In this document: in pieces, positions 49,918 to 62,294 of the stretch
Layout: every line of letters begins with the position of its first letter
How positions within the stretch are numbered: position 1 is the stretch's first letter
Assembly (NCBI RefSeq): GCF_036365525.1
Contig: NC_090380.1
Coordinates: 43,669,682-43,733,681, forward strand
Source: Heterodontus francisci
Taxonomy: Eukaryota
Direction: 5' to 3'
DNA: 64,000 nt
Made by a program: the position numbers and the translations under genes
Notes under the pieces: model-generated
The model's database searches: none
What the model was told of the DNA's origin: nothing
What the model saw: the letters and a program-made list of their open reading frames with translations, nothing else

Positions 49918-52450
49918 CTACCATGGGAACAGACTCTGGCTATCTACCCTATCTATGCCTCTCATAATTTTATATACCGCTATCATGTCCCCTCTCAGCC
50001 TCCTTCGCTCCAGGAAAAACAGACCCAGCCTATCCAATCTCTCTTTATAACGCAAGCCCTCCAAACCAGGCAACATCCTCGTGAATCTTTTCTGCACCCT
50101 CTCTAGCGTAATCACAGCTTTCCTGTAGCGCAGCAACCAGAACTGCACACAGTACTCCAAATGCGGCCTAACCAACATTATGTACAACTGTAACATGACA
50201 TCCCAACTCTTGTACTCAATGCCTCGGTCGATGAAGGCAAGCATGCGATATGCCTTCTTCACCACCCTGTCTACCTGTGTTGCCACTTTCAGGGAACTAT
50301 GTACTTGCACCCCAAGGTCTCGCTGCTCAACAACACTCCCCAGGGCCCTGCCATTCACTGTATATGTCCTGCCCTGGTTTAACTTCCCAAAATGCATCAC
50401 TTCAAACTTGTCTGCGTTAAATTCCATTTTCCAATCCCTTGCCCACTTTCCCAGTTGATCTATATCCTGTTGCAACCTTAGACAGCCTTGTTCACTGTCC
50501 ACTATACCACCAATTTTAGCGTCATCTGCAAACTTACTAATCATGCCCCTTACATTCACATCCAAGTCATTAATATATATGACAAACAACAGAGGGCCCA
50601 GCACCGATCCCTGCGGCACACCACTGGTCACCGGCCTCCAATCTGAAAAACAACCCTCCACTACCACCCTCTGCCTCCTATCACCAAGCCAATTTTGTAT
50701 CCAATTTGCTAGCTCACCCTGGATCCCATGTGTTAGAACCTTCTGGACCAGCCTAGCATGCGGGACCTTGTCAAAGGCCTTGCGAAAGTCCATGTAGACA
50801 ACATCCATCGCCCTGCCCTTGTCAATCCTCTTGGTCACCTCCTCGAAAAACTCAATCAAATTCGTGAGGCATGATTTCCCACGCACAAAGCCATGCTGAC
50901 TATCCCGAATCAGACCATGCCTTTCCAGATGCATATAAATCCTGTCTCTCAGAATCCCTTCCAATAACTTTCCCACCACTGATGTAAGGCTCACCGGCCT
51001 GTAGTTCCCTGGATTATCCCTGCTGCCCTTCTTAAATAAAGGCACAACATTAGCTATCCTCCAGTCTTCTGGTACCTCACCCATGGCTAACGATGATATA
51101 AAAATCTCTGCCAGGGCCCCAGCAATCTCCTCCCTTGCTTCCGAGGTGTATCCGAGGTGCTTCAATACCTCCAACACCTCCTCCTTTGTAATGTTGATAT
51201 GCTCCAGGATATCACTGTTCCCTCCCTTGAACCCACTAGCTTCCATGACCTTCTCCACGGTAAATACGGACGAGAAATATTCATTTAAGACCTCGCCCAT
51301 TTCCTGTGGCTCCACACATAGATTGCCACACTGATCCTTAAGGGGACCTACTCTCTCCCTAGCTACCCTTTTACTCTTAATATACTTATAGAATCTTTTA
51401 GGATTCTCCTTTATCCTATCTGCCAGGGAAATCTCATGGCCCCTTTTCGGCCTCCTAATTTCCTTCTGAAGTGTAGTCCTACATCCCCTATACTCCTCGA
51501 GGGACTCACTCGATCCTAGCTGCCTATACCTGATATATGCCTCCTTCTCTGTCCTGACCAGACCCTCAATATCCCTCATCAACCAAGGTTCCCTAAACTT
51601 GCCAGCCTTGCCCTTCCATCTAACAGGAACATGCCAGCCCTGAACTCTTCCTACCTCACTTTTAAAAGCCTCCCACTTGCCAGATGTCCCTTTACCTGTA
51701 AACAGTCTCTCCCATTCAACTTTAGAGAATTCCTGTCTGATGCCATTGAAATTAGCCCTCCCCCAATTTAGGACTTCAACCTGAGGACCAGTCCTATCCT
51801 TTTCCATAACTATCTTGAAGCTAATAGAGTTATGGTCACTGGTCCCGAAGTGCTCCCCCACTGACACATCCTCATTTCCTAAGAGGAGGTCGAGTGTGGC
51901 CCCTTCTCTAGTAGGGCCATCCACATACTGCTTCAAAAAACTATCCTGGACACACTTAACAAATTCTTCCCCATCTGATCCCTTAGCACTAAGGCAGTCC
52001 CAGTCAATATTAGGGAAGTTAAAATCACCTACTATTACAACCGTATAATTCCTACACCTATCGGTGATTTCACTACAGATATGCTTCTCCACTTCCCTCT
52101 GACTACTGGGGGGGCCATGTAGTATAATCCCATCAAAGTGATCACCCTTTTCTTATTTCTAAGTTCTACCCATATGGCCTCGCTGGACATTCCCCCGGTG
52201 ATATCCTCTCCAATTACTGTCGTGATGTCCTCCCTAATCAATAGTGCAACTCCCCCTCCTCTCTTACCTCCACGTCTGTCATGCCGGAAGGATCGGTACC
52301 GCAGAACATTGAGCTGCCAGTCCTGCCCATCCCTCAACCACGTTTCCGTAACAGCTCTAATATCACAATCCCATGTACCGATCCATGCTCTGAGTTCATC
52401 TGCCTTACCTGTAAGGTTTCTTGCATTAAAGTAAATGCAGTTTAGCCTAC
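49918..52450 (-). pseudogene. CR1 ORF2 (APE endonuclease + reverse transcriptase), frameshifted near 52100
   Basis: YFNARN..VTETWL..GGGVALLI; 724-aa ORF with GDFN, SDH, NYRPVSLTS, QHGF, KAFDKV, GVPQGSVLGP, FADD. Lacks the KSPGPD segment. Confidence 0.92.
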
Positions 52451-52574
52451 CAGACCTTCCACACTCCCTGTCCTGCCCCTGCCTGGCCTGCCTACTGGAC
52501 TTGCCTGCTTTAACTCTACATTTGCCTCAACTATCTCATCTGAGAGACTACTACTTTGGGTCCCACCCCCCTGC

Positions 52575-53526
52575 AAGACTAGTTTAAACCCTCCCGTGTA
52601 GTACTAGCAAACCGCCCCACAAGGATATTGGTCCCCCTCCAGTTTGGATGCAACCTGTCCTTCTTGTACAGGTCACCTCTGCACCAGAAGAGATCCCAAT
52701 GATCCAAGTAAGCTGAAGTCCTCCCGCTTACACCAGCTCTTCAGCCACGCATTCTTTTGCCTAATCCTCCTATTCCTACCCTTACTAGCATGTGGCACAG
52801 GGAGTAATCCTGAGATTACAACCTAGAGGTCCTGCTTTTTAACTTTCTGCCTCACTCCCTATATTCACTTTGCAGGACCTCATCTCTCTTCCTGCCTATG
52901 TCGTTAGTACCAATATGGACCAGGACCTCTGGCTGCTCACCCTCCCCTTTCAGAATGTCCTGTAGCCGCTCCGAAACATCCTTGACCCTAGAATCATGGA
53001 GGCAACATACCATCCTGGAATCTCGTTTGTGGCCACAGAAACGCCTATCTGCACCCCTTACGATAGAATCCCCTATCACTATAGCTCTTCCAACCCTTTT
53101 CCTCCCCTGCTGTGCAGCAGAGCCCTCCATGGTGCCACGAACTTGGCTGTTGCTGCTTTCCCCTGGGAGGTCATCCCCCCCAACAGTATCCAAAGCGGTA
53201 TATCTGTTTGAGAGGGGGATGGCCACAGGGGACTCCTGCACTACCTGCCTGCGTCTACTACTCTGTCTGGTGGTCACCCATCTCTTTTCTGCCTGTGCAG
53301 CCATTACCTGCGGTGTGACCACCTCACTAAACGTGCTATCCACGTCTTCCTCAGCATCGCGGATGCTCCACAGTGAATCCACCCGCAGCTCCAGCTCCGT
53401 AATGCGGGTAGCCAGTAGCTGCAGATGGATACACTTCCTGCACACATGGTCAGAGACACTGGAAGCGTCCCTGATTTCCCACATAGCACAGGAGGAGCAT
53501 ATCACGGGGCCGAGCTCTCCTGCCAT
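52575..53526 (-). pseudogene. CR1 ORF1 (Zn-finger/leucine zipper + SGNH esterase-like), premature stop at ~52852
   Basis: CSSCAMWE..CRKC..LELRV; LSNRY; IVIGDSIVRG; VHIGTND; esterase-like sequence continues past the stop. Confidence 0.88.
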
Positions 53527-54888
53527 GGCTTACCCTTAGATTAATTACTTACTCCCTTAATTAAAAAATACTAATTATACTAGGGGCCTTGTTCTACCCA
53601 CTTCAATCTAAAGTCCTTAAAAAAAACACTTTAGCAGTACTCACCTTATCACCAGAGATTTTTTTCCAACCAAAAAATAACAACTTTCCCCTTTTTTAAA
53701 GATATTCTAACAGCTGCTGCTCATCAACCAATCAGCATGCAGTTCTCCTCTGATGTCACTGTTTGCCTTTTTTTCAAAACTCCGGCGCGCTGGATGAGGT
53801 TCGACTGCTCTCCGCTCCCGGATGGTAAGAGACTGGGCCTCGATCCTTGGGGTCGACTTATAGGCTCCGCTCCCGGTGTTCTCCCCACAAGTCCGCTCCC
53901 GGTGTTCTCCCCACAAGTCCGCTCCCGTCCTCTCCCGGAAGGTCATTGTTTTATGCAGCGAGTGATTAGGATCTGGAATGCATTACCTGAGAATGTGGTG
54001 GAGACAGATTCAATCATGGTTTTCAAAAGAGAATTGAATAAGCACCTGAAGATAAAAAAAAAATTGCAGTTACTGGGAAATGGCTTGGGAGTGGGACTAG
54101 ATGAATTGCTCTTGCAAAGAACTAGTGTGTACTCAGAGCCGAATGGCCTCCTTCTGTGTTATAACCATTTTATGATTCTAAGATAAAGGAGTTCAATACA
54201 CGATTGCTGAGATCAAACTCACACATGAATTGTTTCGATGAAGCCAATGCACAGCAGGGTTATATTTAATTTTAACAATTCTATTACATATCCAGATTTA
54301 CTTGCAATTTAAATATTACAGAAGTAAAGAAATTTTGATATTAAAAAGTATCTCCAGGTTACAGCTTTCCCTTAAGTCATTTAGCAACAATCTCTCATTC
54401 CGATAAGTAAAGGAGTGAAAGAATGAATACAGCACTGCAGGTCCATTCTGAAACTCATACTTTAATCAAATTACTGACATGCACAAAATTGAAACTGAAA
54501 ATGAATGTGAATAAGTCATTACAAAATTCCATTTAACTCCTTAAAATAGATTAAAAGCACAGTTAATTAAAATTGTGGAATTAGTAATTATTTTATATGT
54601 ATTCTTTGCAAATTTTCTCTCCCCTCCAATCATAAAGTCACTTACTGTTGATTGGGTGCGATGTGTGATGTTCTAGCTGCTAGTATCGCAAGCAAGTCTT
54701 GGAAATGAGTTTTGGTAGGTCATTCAACCATGGGGGCCAGGAACCCATCCAAGTCCACTTCTATCCACAGATCTGCTTTCAGTGGGGGTAATTACATAAT
54801 GATCAGAAGCAGAAACCCTGGCAGATTTTATTTTCATTTGCCATTGACTCTCGCTGACAAGTGAAAATGAGGGCGGTGGTAACTGAGT

Positions 54889-55330
54889 GGGCTGGATTTT
54901 ATTTTCCCGCTGCTGCTCTCGGCGGCAGGTGAAAAAATGGCAGCCCGCATGTGTGGACCGCGCGCTACCATGCCGCCACAATCTAATGCACAGCGGCTCA
55001 TTATAATATGCAGGGTGGCCACCCCACCCAATCACATTGCAGAGTTGACCCTTTTCACCCTCACAACTGACCTAAGTGCAGAGTTCGACCCTTCCCCACC
55101 ACCACCCCCCCCACCTCATTACACTGACAATGCAGAGTTGACCCATTCCCCCCCACCCAGTTCACTACTAATGCAGAGTTGCCCACTTCCCAACCTCGGT
55201 GGTGGCAGCTTTCCCTGAACAGGAAAGTGAAGGCACAGGAGTGCCGCATGTCGCTCGAATGATCAGGAACTGCTGATAAAATCGCTCCGGCTTCCATTTA
55301 AATGTATTTAAATAAGTGATTTGTATATTG
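54889..55330. mobile_element. Terminal part of the MITE family seen at 341-1198
   Basis: GGGCTGGATTTT start; the following ~150 bp align with the reverse complement of ~1030-1198. Confidence 0.75.
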
Positions 55331-55334
55331 AAAT

Positions 55335-58170
55335 GCAGGACTGACCCAGCAGAGGTGGTGGCACAGTGGTATACAGTCAAGAGGGAATTGCCCTGGAAGT
55401 ACTCAACATCAACTCCGGACCCCATGAAGTCTCATGGCATCAGGTCAAACATGGGCAAGGAAACGTCCTGCTGATTACCCACCTACCGCCCTCCCTCAGC
55501 TGATGAATCAGTACTCCTCCATGTTGAACACCACTTGGAGGAAGCACTGAGGGTGGCAATGGTGCAGAATGTACTCTGGGTGGGGGATTTCAATGTCCAT
55601 CACCAAGAGGGGCTTCGTAGCACCACTACTGACCGAGCTGGCCGAGTCCTAAAGGACATATCTGCTCGACTGGGTCTGCAGCAGGTGGCGGGGGAACCAA
55701 CAAGAGGGAAAAACATACTTGGCCTTGTCCTCACCAATTTGCCAGGCACAAATGTATCTGTCCATGACAGTATTGGTAAGAGTGACCACCGCACGATCCT
55801 TGTGGAGATGAAGTCCCATCTTCACATTGAGGATACCCTCCATCATGTTGTGTGGCACTGCCATCGTGTTAAATGGGATAGATTTCAAACAGATCCAGTA
55901 ACTCAAAACTAGGCATCCATGAGGTGCTGCGGGTGATCAGCAGCAGCAGAAATGTACTCAACCACAATCTAACCTCATGGCCTGGCATATCCCCCACTCT
56001 ACCATTACCATAAAGCAGGGGGATAATCCCTGGTTCAATGAAGAGTGCAGGACGGCATGCCAGGACCAGCAGCAGGCATACCTCAAAATGAGGTGTCATC
56101 CTAGTGAAGCCACAACCCAGGACTACGTGCATGCCAAACAGCGTAAGCAGCATGCGATAGACAGAGCTAAGCAATCCTACAACCAACGGATCAGATCTAA
56201 GCTATGCAGTCCTGCCACATCCAGTCATGAATGGTGGTGGACAATTAAACAACTAACTGGAGGATAAAAGCAAAATACTGCAGATGCTGGAAATCTGAAA
56301 TAAAAACAAAAAGTGCTGGAAATACTCAGCAGGTCAGGCAGCATCTGTGGAGAGAGAAGCAGAGTTAACGTTTCAGGTCTGTGGCCTTTCATCAGAGCAC
56401 TAACAGCAGGAGGTGCCTCCACAGATATCCCCATCCTCAATGATGGGGGAGCCCAGCACATCAGTGCAAAGGATAAGGCTGAAGCACTTGCAACAATCTT
56501 CAGCCAGAAGTGTCCAGTTGATGATCCAACTCGGCCTCCTCCTGAAGTCCCAGCATCACAGATGCCAGTCTTCAGCCAACTCGATTCACTCTGTGTGATA
56601 TCAAGAAACGACTGATGGCACTGAAGACTGCAAAGGCTATGGGCCCTGACAACATTCCGGCAGTAGCACTGAAGACCTGTGCTTCAGAACTTGCCGCACC
56701 CCTAGCCGAGCTTTTCCAGTACAGCTACAACACTGGCATCTGCCCAGCAATGTGAAAAATTGCCCCGGTATGTCCTGTACACAAAAATCAGGACAAATCC
56801 AAACCGGTCAATTACCGCCCCAACAGTCTACTCTCGATCATCAGTAAAGTGATGGAAGGTGTCATCGACAGTGCTATCAAGCGGCATCTGCTTAGCAATA
56901 ACCTGCCCATTGACGCTCAGTTTGGGTTCCGCCAGGGCCACTCAGCTCCTGACCTCATTACAGCCTTGGTTCAAACATGGATGAAAGAGCTGAACTCAAG
57001 AGGTGAAGTAAGAGTGACTGCCCTTGACATCAAGCAGCATTTGACCAAGTATGTCATCAAGGAGCCCTAGCAAAACTGAAGGCAATGGGAATCATGGGGA
57101 AACCCTCCGCTGGTTGGAGTCATACCTAGCACAAAGGAAGATAGTTGTGGTTATTGGAGGTCAATCATCTCAGCTCCAGGACATCACTGCAGGAGTTCCT
57201 CAGGGTAGTATCCTAGGTCCAACCATCTTCAGCTGCTTCATCGACCTTCCTTCAATCAGAAGGTCAGAAGTGGGGATGTTCGCTGAAGTTTGCACAATGT
57301 TCAGCACCATTCGCGACTCCTCAGATACTGAAGCAGTCCATGTCCATATGCAGCAAGACCTGGACAACATCCAGACTTGGGCTGATAAGTGGCAAGTAAC
57401 ATTCCTGTCACACAAATGCCAAGCAATGACTATATCATACAAGAGAGAATCAAACCCATCTCCCCTTGACATTCAATGGCATTGCAGTTGCTGAATCCCC
57501 CACTATCAACATCCTGGGGGTTACCATCGGCCAGAAACTGAACTGGAGTAGTCATATAAATACCTTGGCTACAACAGCAGGTCAGAGGCTAGGAATCCTT
57601 CAGCGAGTAACTCACCTCCTGACTCCCCAAAGCCTGTCCATCATCTACAAATTACAAGTCAGGAGTATGATGCAATACTTTCCACTTGCCTGGATAGGTG
57701 CAGCTCCAACAACACTCAAGAAGCTTGACACCATCCAGGACAAGTCAGCCCACTTGATTGGCACATCATCCACAAACATTCACATCCTCCACCATCGACA
57801 GTGGCAGCAGTGTGTACCATCTACAAGATGCACTGCAGCAATGCACCAAGGGTCCTTAGACAGCACCTTCCAAACCCACGACCTCTACCACCTAGAAGGA
57901 CAAGGGCAGCAGATGCATGGGAACACCAACATCTGTTCCCCTCCAAGCCACACACCATCCTGACTTGGAACTATATTGCCGTTCCTTCACTGTCGCTGGG
58001 TCAAAATCCTGGAACTCCATTCCTAAGAGCACTGTGGGTGTACCTACCTCACATGGACTGCAGCGGTTCAAGAAGGTCTGACCACCATCTTCTCAAGGGC
58101 AATTAAGGATGGGCAATAAACGCTGGCCTGGCCAGCGACACCCACATCCCATGGATGAATTTTTAAAAAA
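55335..58170 (+). mobile_element. 5'-truncated CR1/L2-group LINE (distinct family), ORF2 degenerate
   Basis: RGGGTVVY; YRPPS; WVGDFNVHH; SDH; PWFNEEC; NYRP; QFGFRQGHS; GVPQGSILGP; ends in an A-rich tail. Confidence 0.9.
56265..56398 (-). mobile_element. Short Penelope-type element (copy E) with degenerate ~13-bp TSD
   Basis: Minus strand CTGATGA-A-AGGCC-ACA-GACCT-GAAACGTTAACTCTG; flanks actaactggagga and actaacagcagga. Confidence 0.8.
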
Positions 58171-58869
58171 GTAATTCATAATGTATTGGTAAACAATGAC
58201 TCTATGACTCTACAACTCGAAGAAAAAAGTATTTTAATTCTTTATATTAAGGGATTAAAATCAATCTGCTTAAAGAGTATAATGGTACTAAAAAGACTAA
58301 AAAAGAAATACTCACAAGCAGAATTTTATATTAGGTATTGGTAATATTTGAGGGGATATTGGTTGTGTCTTTCTATTACTGTATTATCACAGCAGTTTTC
58401 TCCTCAGATGCTGTGAGTAATCATTATGGCTGTCTCCTTCTATTTTTCAACTATCTGCAGAGTGTGACAAAGTGAAGGAAAAAAAGCATATTTTACCAAA
58501 TATATACTTGGAAAACACAAATTGCTGGTACATTTTCAAAATGCAGTCCTTAAAGTGCTTATTAGTCTTTGTAGATCTGTGTTCCACTATGTATGTTATT
58601 TAGTTTCGAGTGTTGTCTTGTGTTCTAGTGTACTGATAAGTAAAAATGTATTTGTTCTTCACTTACAAATTGCTTTACTTAAATATACCTTTGAATCCTG
58701 ACATCACAGGTAAATGAATACAGATTCCTTTGACGATATTTGTGTCCCATCTTTGTGTTTATATATGTGACGAACCTAGACAATATAAAGATTAAATTAA
58801 TTATCAGCTCAGGGGCAGCATAGAATTAACAAGATGAGTTGCTGTAATTGTTGTGCAGGCTATCTCAAT

Positions 58870-59026
58870 ATGGGGGCATTAAAGGTAGAAAAGGAAAGAT
58901 ATGTCAGACACCGAGAACTCAATACTGCAGAAATCCGAGAGGGGTATAGAAAGTGCAGGGGTGAAATCAAAAAGGAAATTAGGAAAGCAAAGAGAGGGCA
59001 TGAAAGAATATTGGCAAGCAAAATCA
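58870..59026 (+). mobile_element. Short CR1 ORF2 fragment duplicated at ~59587-59722
   Basis: RKCRGEIKKEIRKAKRGHERILASKI; near-identical nucleotide block ~700 bp downstream. Confidence 0.8.
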
Positions 59027-59168
59027 GTCTTTCTCTCACCTGATGTGTGCATGCACACCCATGCACATATGTGCTAGGAGGGTTAACTGGATAGCGACCA
59101 GGAGCATGAACACTCGGGGATTTTTTCTTCTGTAGACTAAGAATGCTGAAGCCAACTGTTGAAACTGT

Positions 59169-59446
59169 TGTTGTATTGCTTTAAGTGCTGCAGTATTGCT
59201 TTAAGGGGTGTATCTAAAACGGCTGTCCATCACCAGACAGGATGTGATGCACAGACCATTGTGACCTCTAGGCACTTGCTATAAGCAGCCAGAGAAACAA
59301 CAATGTGAAGCACCTTCCCAGTATTGTTGTGTACAAGTTAGTATCTTCAATGAAAGAACCTACCTTTTAGGTTCACTGATCTTGTCTGCGTGATTACTGT
59401 GTCTGCATTACAACACAAAAACATAATATGGTGGCAGCTGGTGGTT
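59169..59446 (+). mobile_element. Short (~260 bp) Gypsy LTR plus tRNA-Leu-like PBS
   Basis: TGTTGT...ACATAATA, then TGGTGGCAGCTGGTGG, resembling the complement of the tRNA-Leu 3' end (TGGTGGCAGCGGTGGG). Confidence 0.65.
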
Positions 59447-59585
59447 GTTGAAGAAACGTCAGGTTTCTGCTGAGACTGGAAAGCTGAATCCATCGGCTTA
59501 CTATAGAAACTCCAGAGTGCAGGTTTGCGAGCTCACCAGGTTCATCTACAGCCCCCTGGATGTCAAGGAGTATACAGGGTAAGAT

Positions 59586-61640
59586 AAGGAAAGATTATAT
59601 CAGACACCGAGAACTCAATACTGCAGAAATCCGAGAGGAGCATAGAAAGAGCAGGGGTGAAATCAAAAAGGAAATTGGGTAGGCGAAGAGAGGGCATGAA
59701 AGAATATTGGCAAGTAAAATCAAGGAGAGCCCAAAGATGTTTTATCAATACATTAAGAGTAAGATAACTAAGGAAAAAAACAAAAAAGTAACCTATGTGT
59801 GGAGGCAGAAGATGTGGGTATGATTCTTAATGAATACCTTGCATTTGTCTTCATGATAAAGGGAGACAATGCAGACATTGTAGTTAAAGAGGAGAAGTGT
59901 GAAATATTGGATGTGATAAACGTAGGGAGAGAGGAAGTATTGAGAGCATTAGCATCCTTGAAAGTGGATAAACCACCAGGGCCAGATGGAATGTACCCCA
60001 GGCTGTTAAAAGAAGCCAGGGAGGAAATAGCAGATGCTGTGACTATCATTTTCCAATCCTCACTGGATGCAGGTATTGTGCCGGAGGATTGGAGGACTAC
60101 TAACATTGTACCTCGTTTAAAAAGGGACTGATGGATAGACCGAATAATTACAGGCCATTAATCTGACCTTGGTAGTGGGAAAACTTTTGGAAACAATTCT
60201 GATAGACAGGATAAACTGTCATTTAGAAGGGTACAGAATAATCAAGAACTGTCAGCATGGATTTGTTAAGGGAAGATCGTGTCTGACCAACTTGATTGAA
60301 TTTTTTGAGGAAGTAACAAGGAGGATTGATAAGGGTAGTGCAGTTGATGTGGTCTACATGGATTTTAGCAAGGCTTTTGACAAGGTCCCACATGGCAGAC
60401 TGGCTAAAAAAAAAAAGGCCATGGGATCCAAAAGAATATAGCAAGCTGGATACAAAATTGGCTCAGTGGTAGGAAACAAAAGGGTAATGGTTGACAGGTG
60501 TTTTTGTGACTGGAAGGCTGTTTCCAGTGGGGTTCCGTAGGGCTCAGTACTGGGTCCCCTGCTTTTTTTGGTATATATTAATGATTTGGACTTAAATATA
60601 GGAATCATGATCAAGAAGTTTGCAGATGACACAAAAATTGGCCACGTGGTTGATAAAAGGTGTAGACTGCAGGCAGATATCAATGGACAGGTGGGCAGAA
60701 AAGTGGCAAGTGGAATTCAACCCGGAGATGAGGTGATGCATTTAGGGAGGTCAAACAAGGCAAAGGATTATACAATAAATGGGAGGATACTGAAAGGTGT
60801 AGAGGGTGTGAATGTCCACAGATCCTTAAGGTAGCAAGACAGGTTGAGAAGGTGGTGAAGAAGGTATATGGAATCCTTTCCTTTATTAGCCGAGGTATAG
60901 AATATAAGACCAGGGAGGTTATTGTAGAGCTATATAAAACACTTGTCATGCCACAACTTGAGTACTGCATGCAGTTCTGATCACCTTATTACAGAAAGGA
61001 TGTAATTGTACTAGAGAGGGTACAGAGGAGATTTATGAGGATGTTGCCAGGTCTGGAAAATGGCAGCTATGAGGGAAGATTGGATAGGCTGGGGTTGTTT
61101 TCCTTGGAACAGAGGAGGCTGAGTGGAGATTTTAGGTGTGCAAGGCTGTGAGGGGCCTGGATAGAGTGGATGGGAAGGACATAGTTCCCTTAGCAGAGAG
61201 GTCAGTGACTAGGGGGCATAGATTTAAAGTGATTGGTAGAAGGATTAGAGGGGAGATGAGGAAATTTTGTTCACCCAGAGGGTAGTGGGAGTCTGGAACT
61301 CACTGCCTGGAACAGTAGTAGAGGGTAGAAACCCTCAACTCATTTAAAAGATGTCAGGATATGTACCTGAAGTTCCATAACCTCCAGGGATATTGACCAA
61401 GTGCTGGAAAATAGGAGGCTGGGTGCGTTTGTTTCTCGGTAGCCACAGACACGATGGGCCGAGTGGCCTCCTTCTGTGCCCTAAATTTTTCTACATTTTC
61501 TATATATTCTAAATATCTGGAGGAGGAATGTGCAGGGTTGTGGGGAGAGGGCGGGGAGTGGCAGTACATGAATGCCTCCTTAGGAGGGCCAGCACAGATG
61601 CGATGGGTCGAATGGCCTTCTGTGCTGTAATGATTCTATA
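59586..61640 (+). mobile_element. 5'-truncated CR1 with two successive 3' tails
   Basis: KPPGPDGMYPRLLKE; QHGF; FSKAFDKV; FADD; tails at ~61480-61510 and ~61620-61640. Confidence 0.9.
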
Positions 61641-61759
61641 AACGCTGACTCCGAGAGGTGTGTGCTGGGCGGGAGCACCATTTTCACTGTCAGGCCACCG
61701 GATCGGGAGCTTGGGAAGGGTGATTGATCTATTGTGACACGGCCAGGCAGGACCATCTG

Positions 61760-62290
61760 TGTGGAAATCGAGGCCTAAACAGGCTGAATACATCCGGTCT
61801 TTCGGAGGAAGACTTAAAGAACCTTAGTAAAATATGGTCCACATTGGAAGACCAGTTGAAAGTCAAGCTCAATTTCAGAATACACCGTCTCGAGTTTATG
61901 TCGTTCCGGCAGCAGCCAAAGGAGACATTAGACTAATTTGTGAACCGACGTAGAGATAAGGGGCGTGACTGTGATTTTTCGGAGGCTGAGCTAGCTGACA
62001 GGATTATGGAGCCTCTGATAGCTTCCAACCCCATTGAAGCATTGCAAAAAGACCTCCTCAACCAACCGAAAGGCTACAATTTAGACGCCTTGCTTAAAAG
62101 TGGTTGTAAATTTGAAGCCATCCTTATGGGCAGACAGAGCTGCAAGCCCTGTGCACTTAATTTATTATTAACACCATTGCCAGCACAACCAAACATGGTG
62201 AGTTATGTAGGTGATGTGGCCTCATACATTCACCAAGAAGCTGTCCAGCCTTCCTTAAAATTTGCAAAGCATGTGGCAGCCGAGAGCACA
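61760..62290 (+). pseudogene. Gypsy (Mag-like) gag remnant
   Basis: NFRIHRLEFMSFRQQPKETLD*FVNR..CDF..RI; double knuckle CR*CGLIHSPRSCPAFLKICKACGSREH (~62206-62290). Confidence 0.7.
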
Positions 62291-62294
62291 GGAA

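Larger units (their letters stand above)
49608..53943 (-). mobile_element. Full-length CR1 LINE with CATT TSD
   Basis: 5' UTR with 26-bp tandem repeats, ORF1, ORF2 and a (TCTATGAC)n tail; CATT at 49604-49607 and 53944-53947. Confidence 0.93.
41410..54183 (+). mobile_element. Near full-length degenerate host CR1, interrupted by four direct insertions
   Basis: ORF1 (SPVECTFCSMWE..; IVIDHSIV; CCLPG; ~42147-44025); ORF2 APE start YVNAWSV|VIKVGE..WEYDVVAIMESWL (44185/47384); RT pieces 48400-49607; 3' end 53944-54183 with tatgattcta tail. Confidence 0.85.

Noticed and set aside
49918-52092. Active or domesticated reverse transcriptase gene
   Set aside because: The ORF lacks its N-terminus through a frameshift, has internal deletions and ends early; ORF1 of the same copy has a premature stop.
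52898-53539. 213-aa plus-strand ORF
   Set aside because: Antisense shadow of CR1 ORF1; no independent coding evidence.
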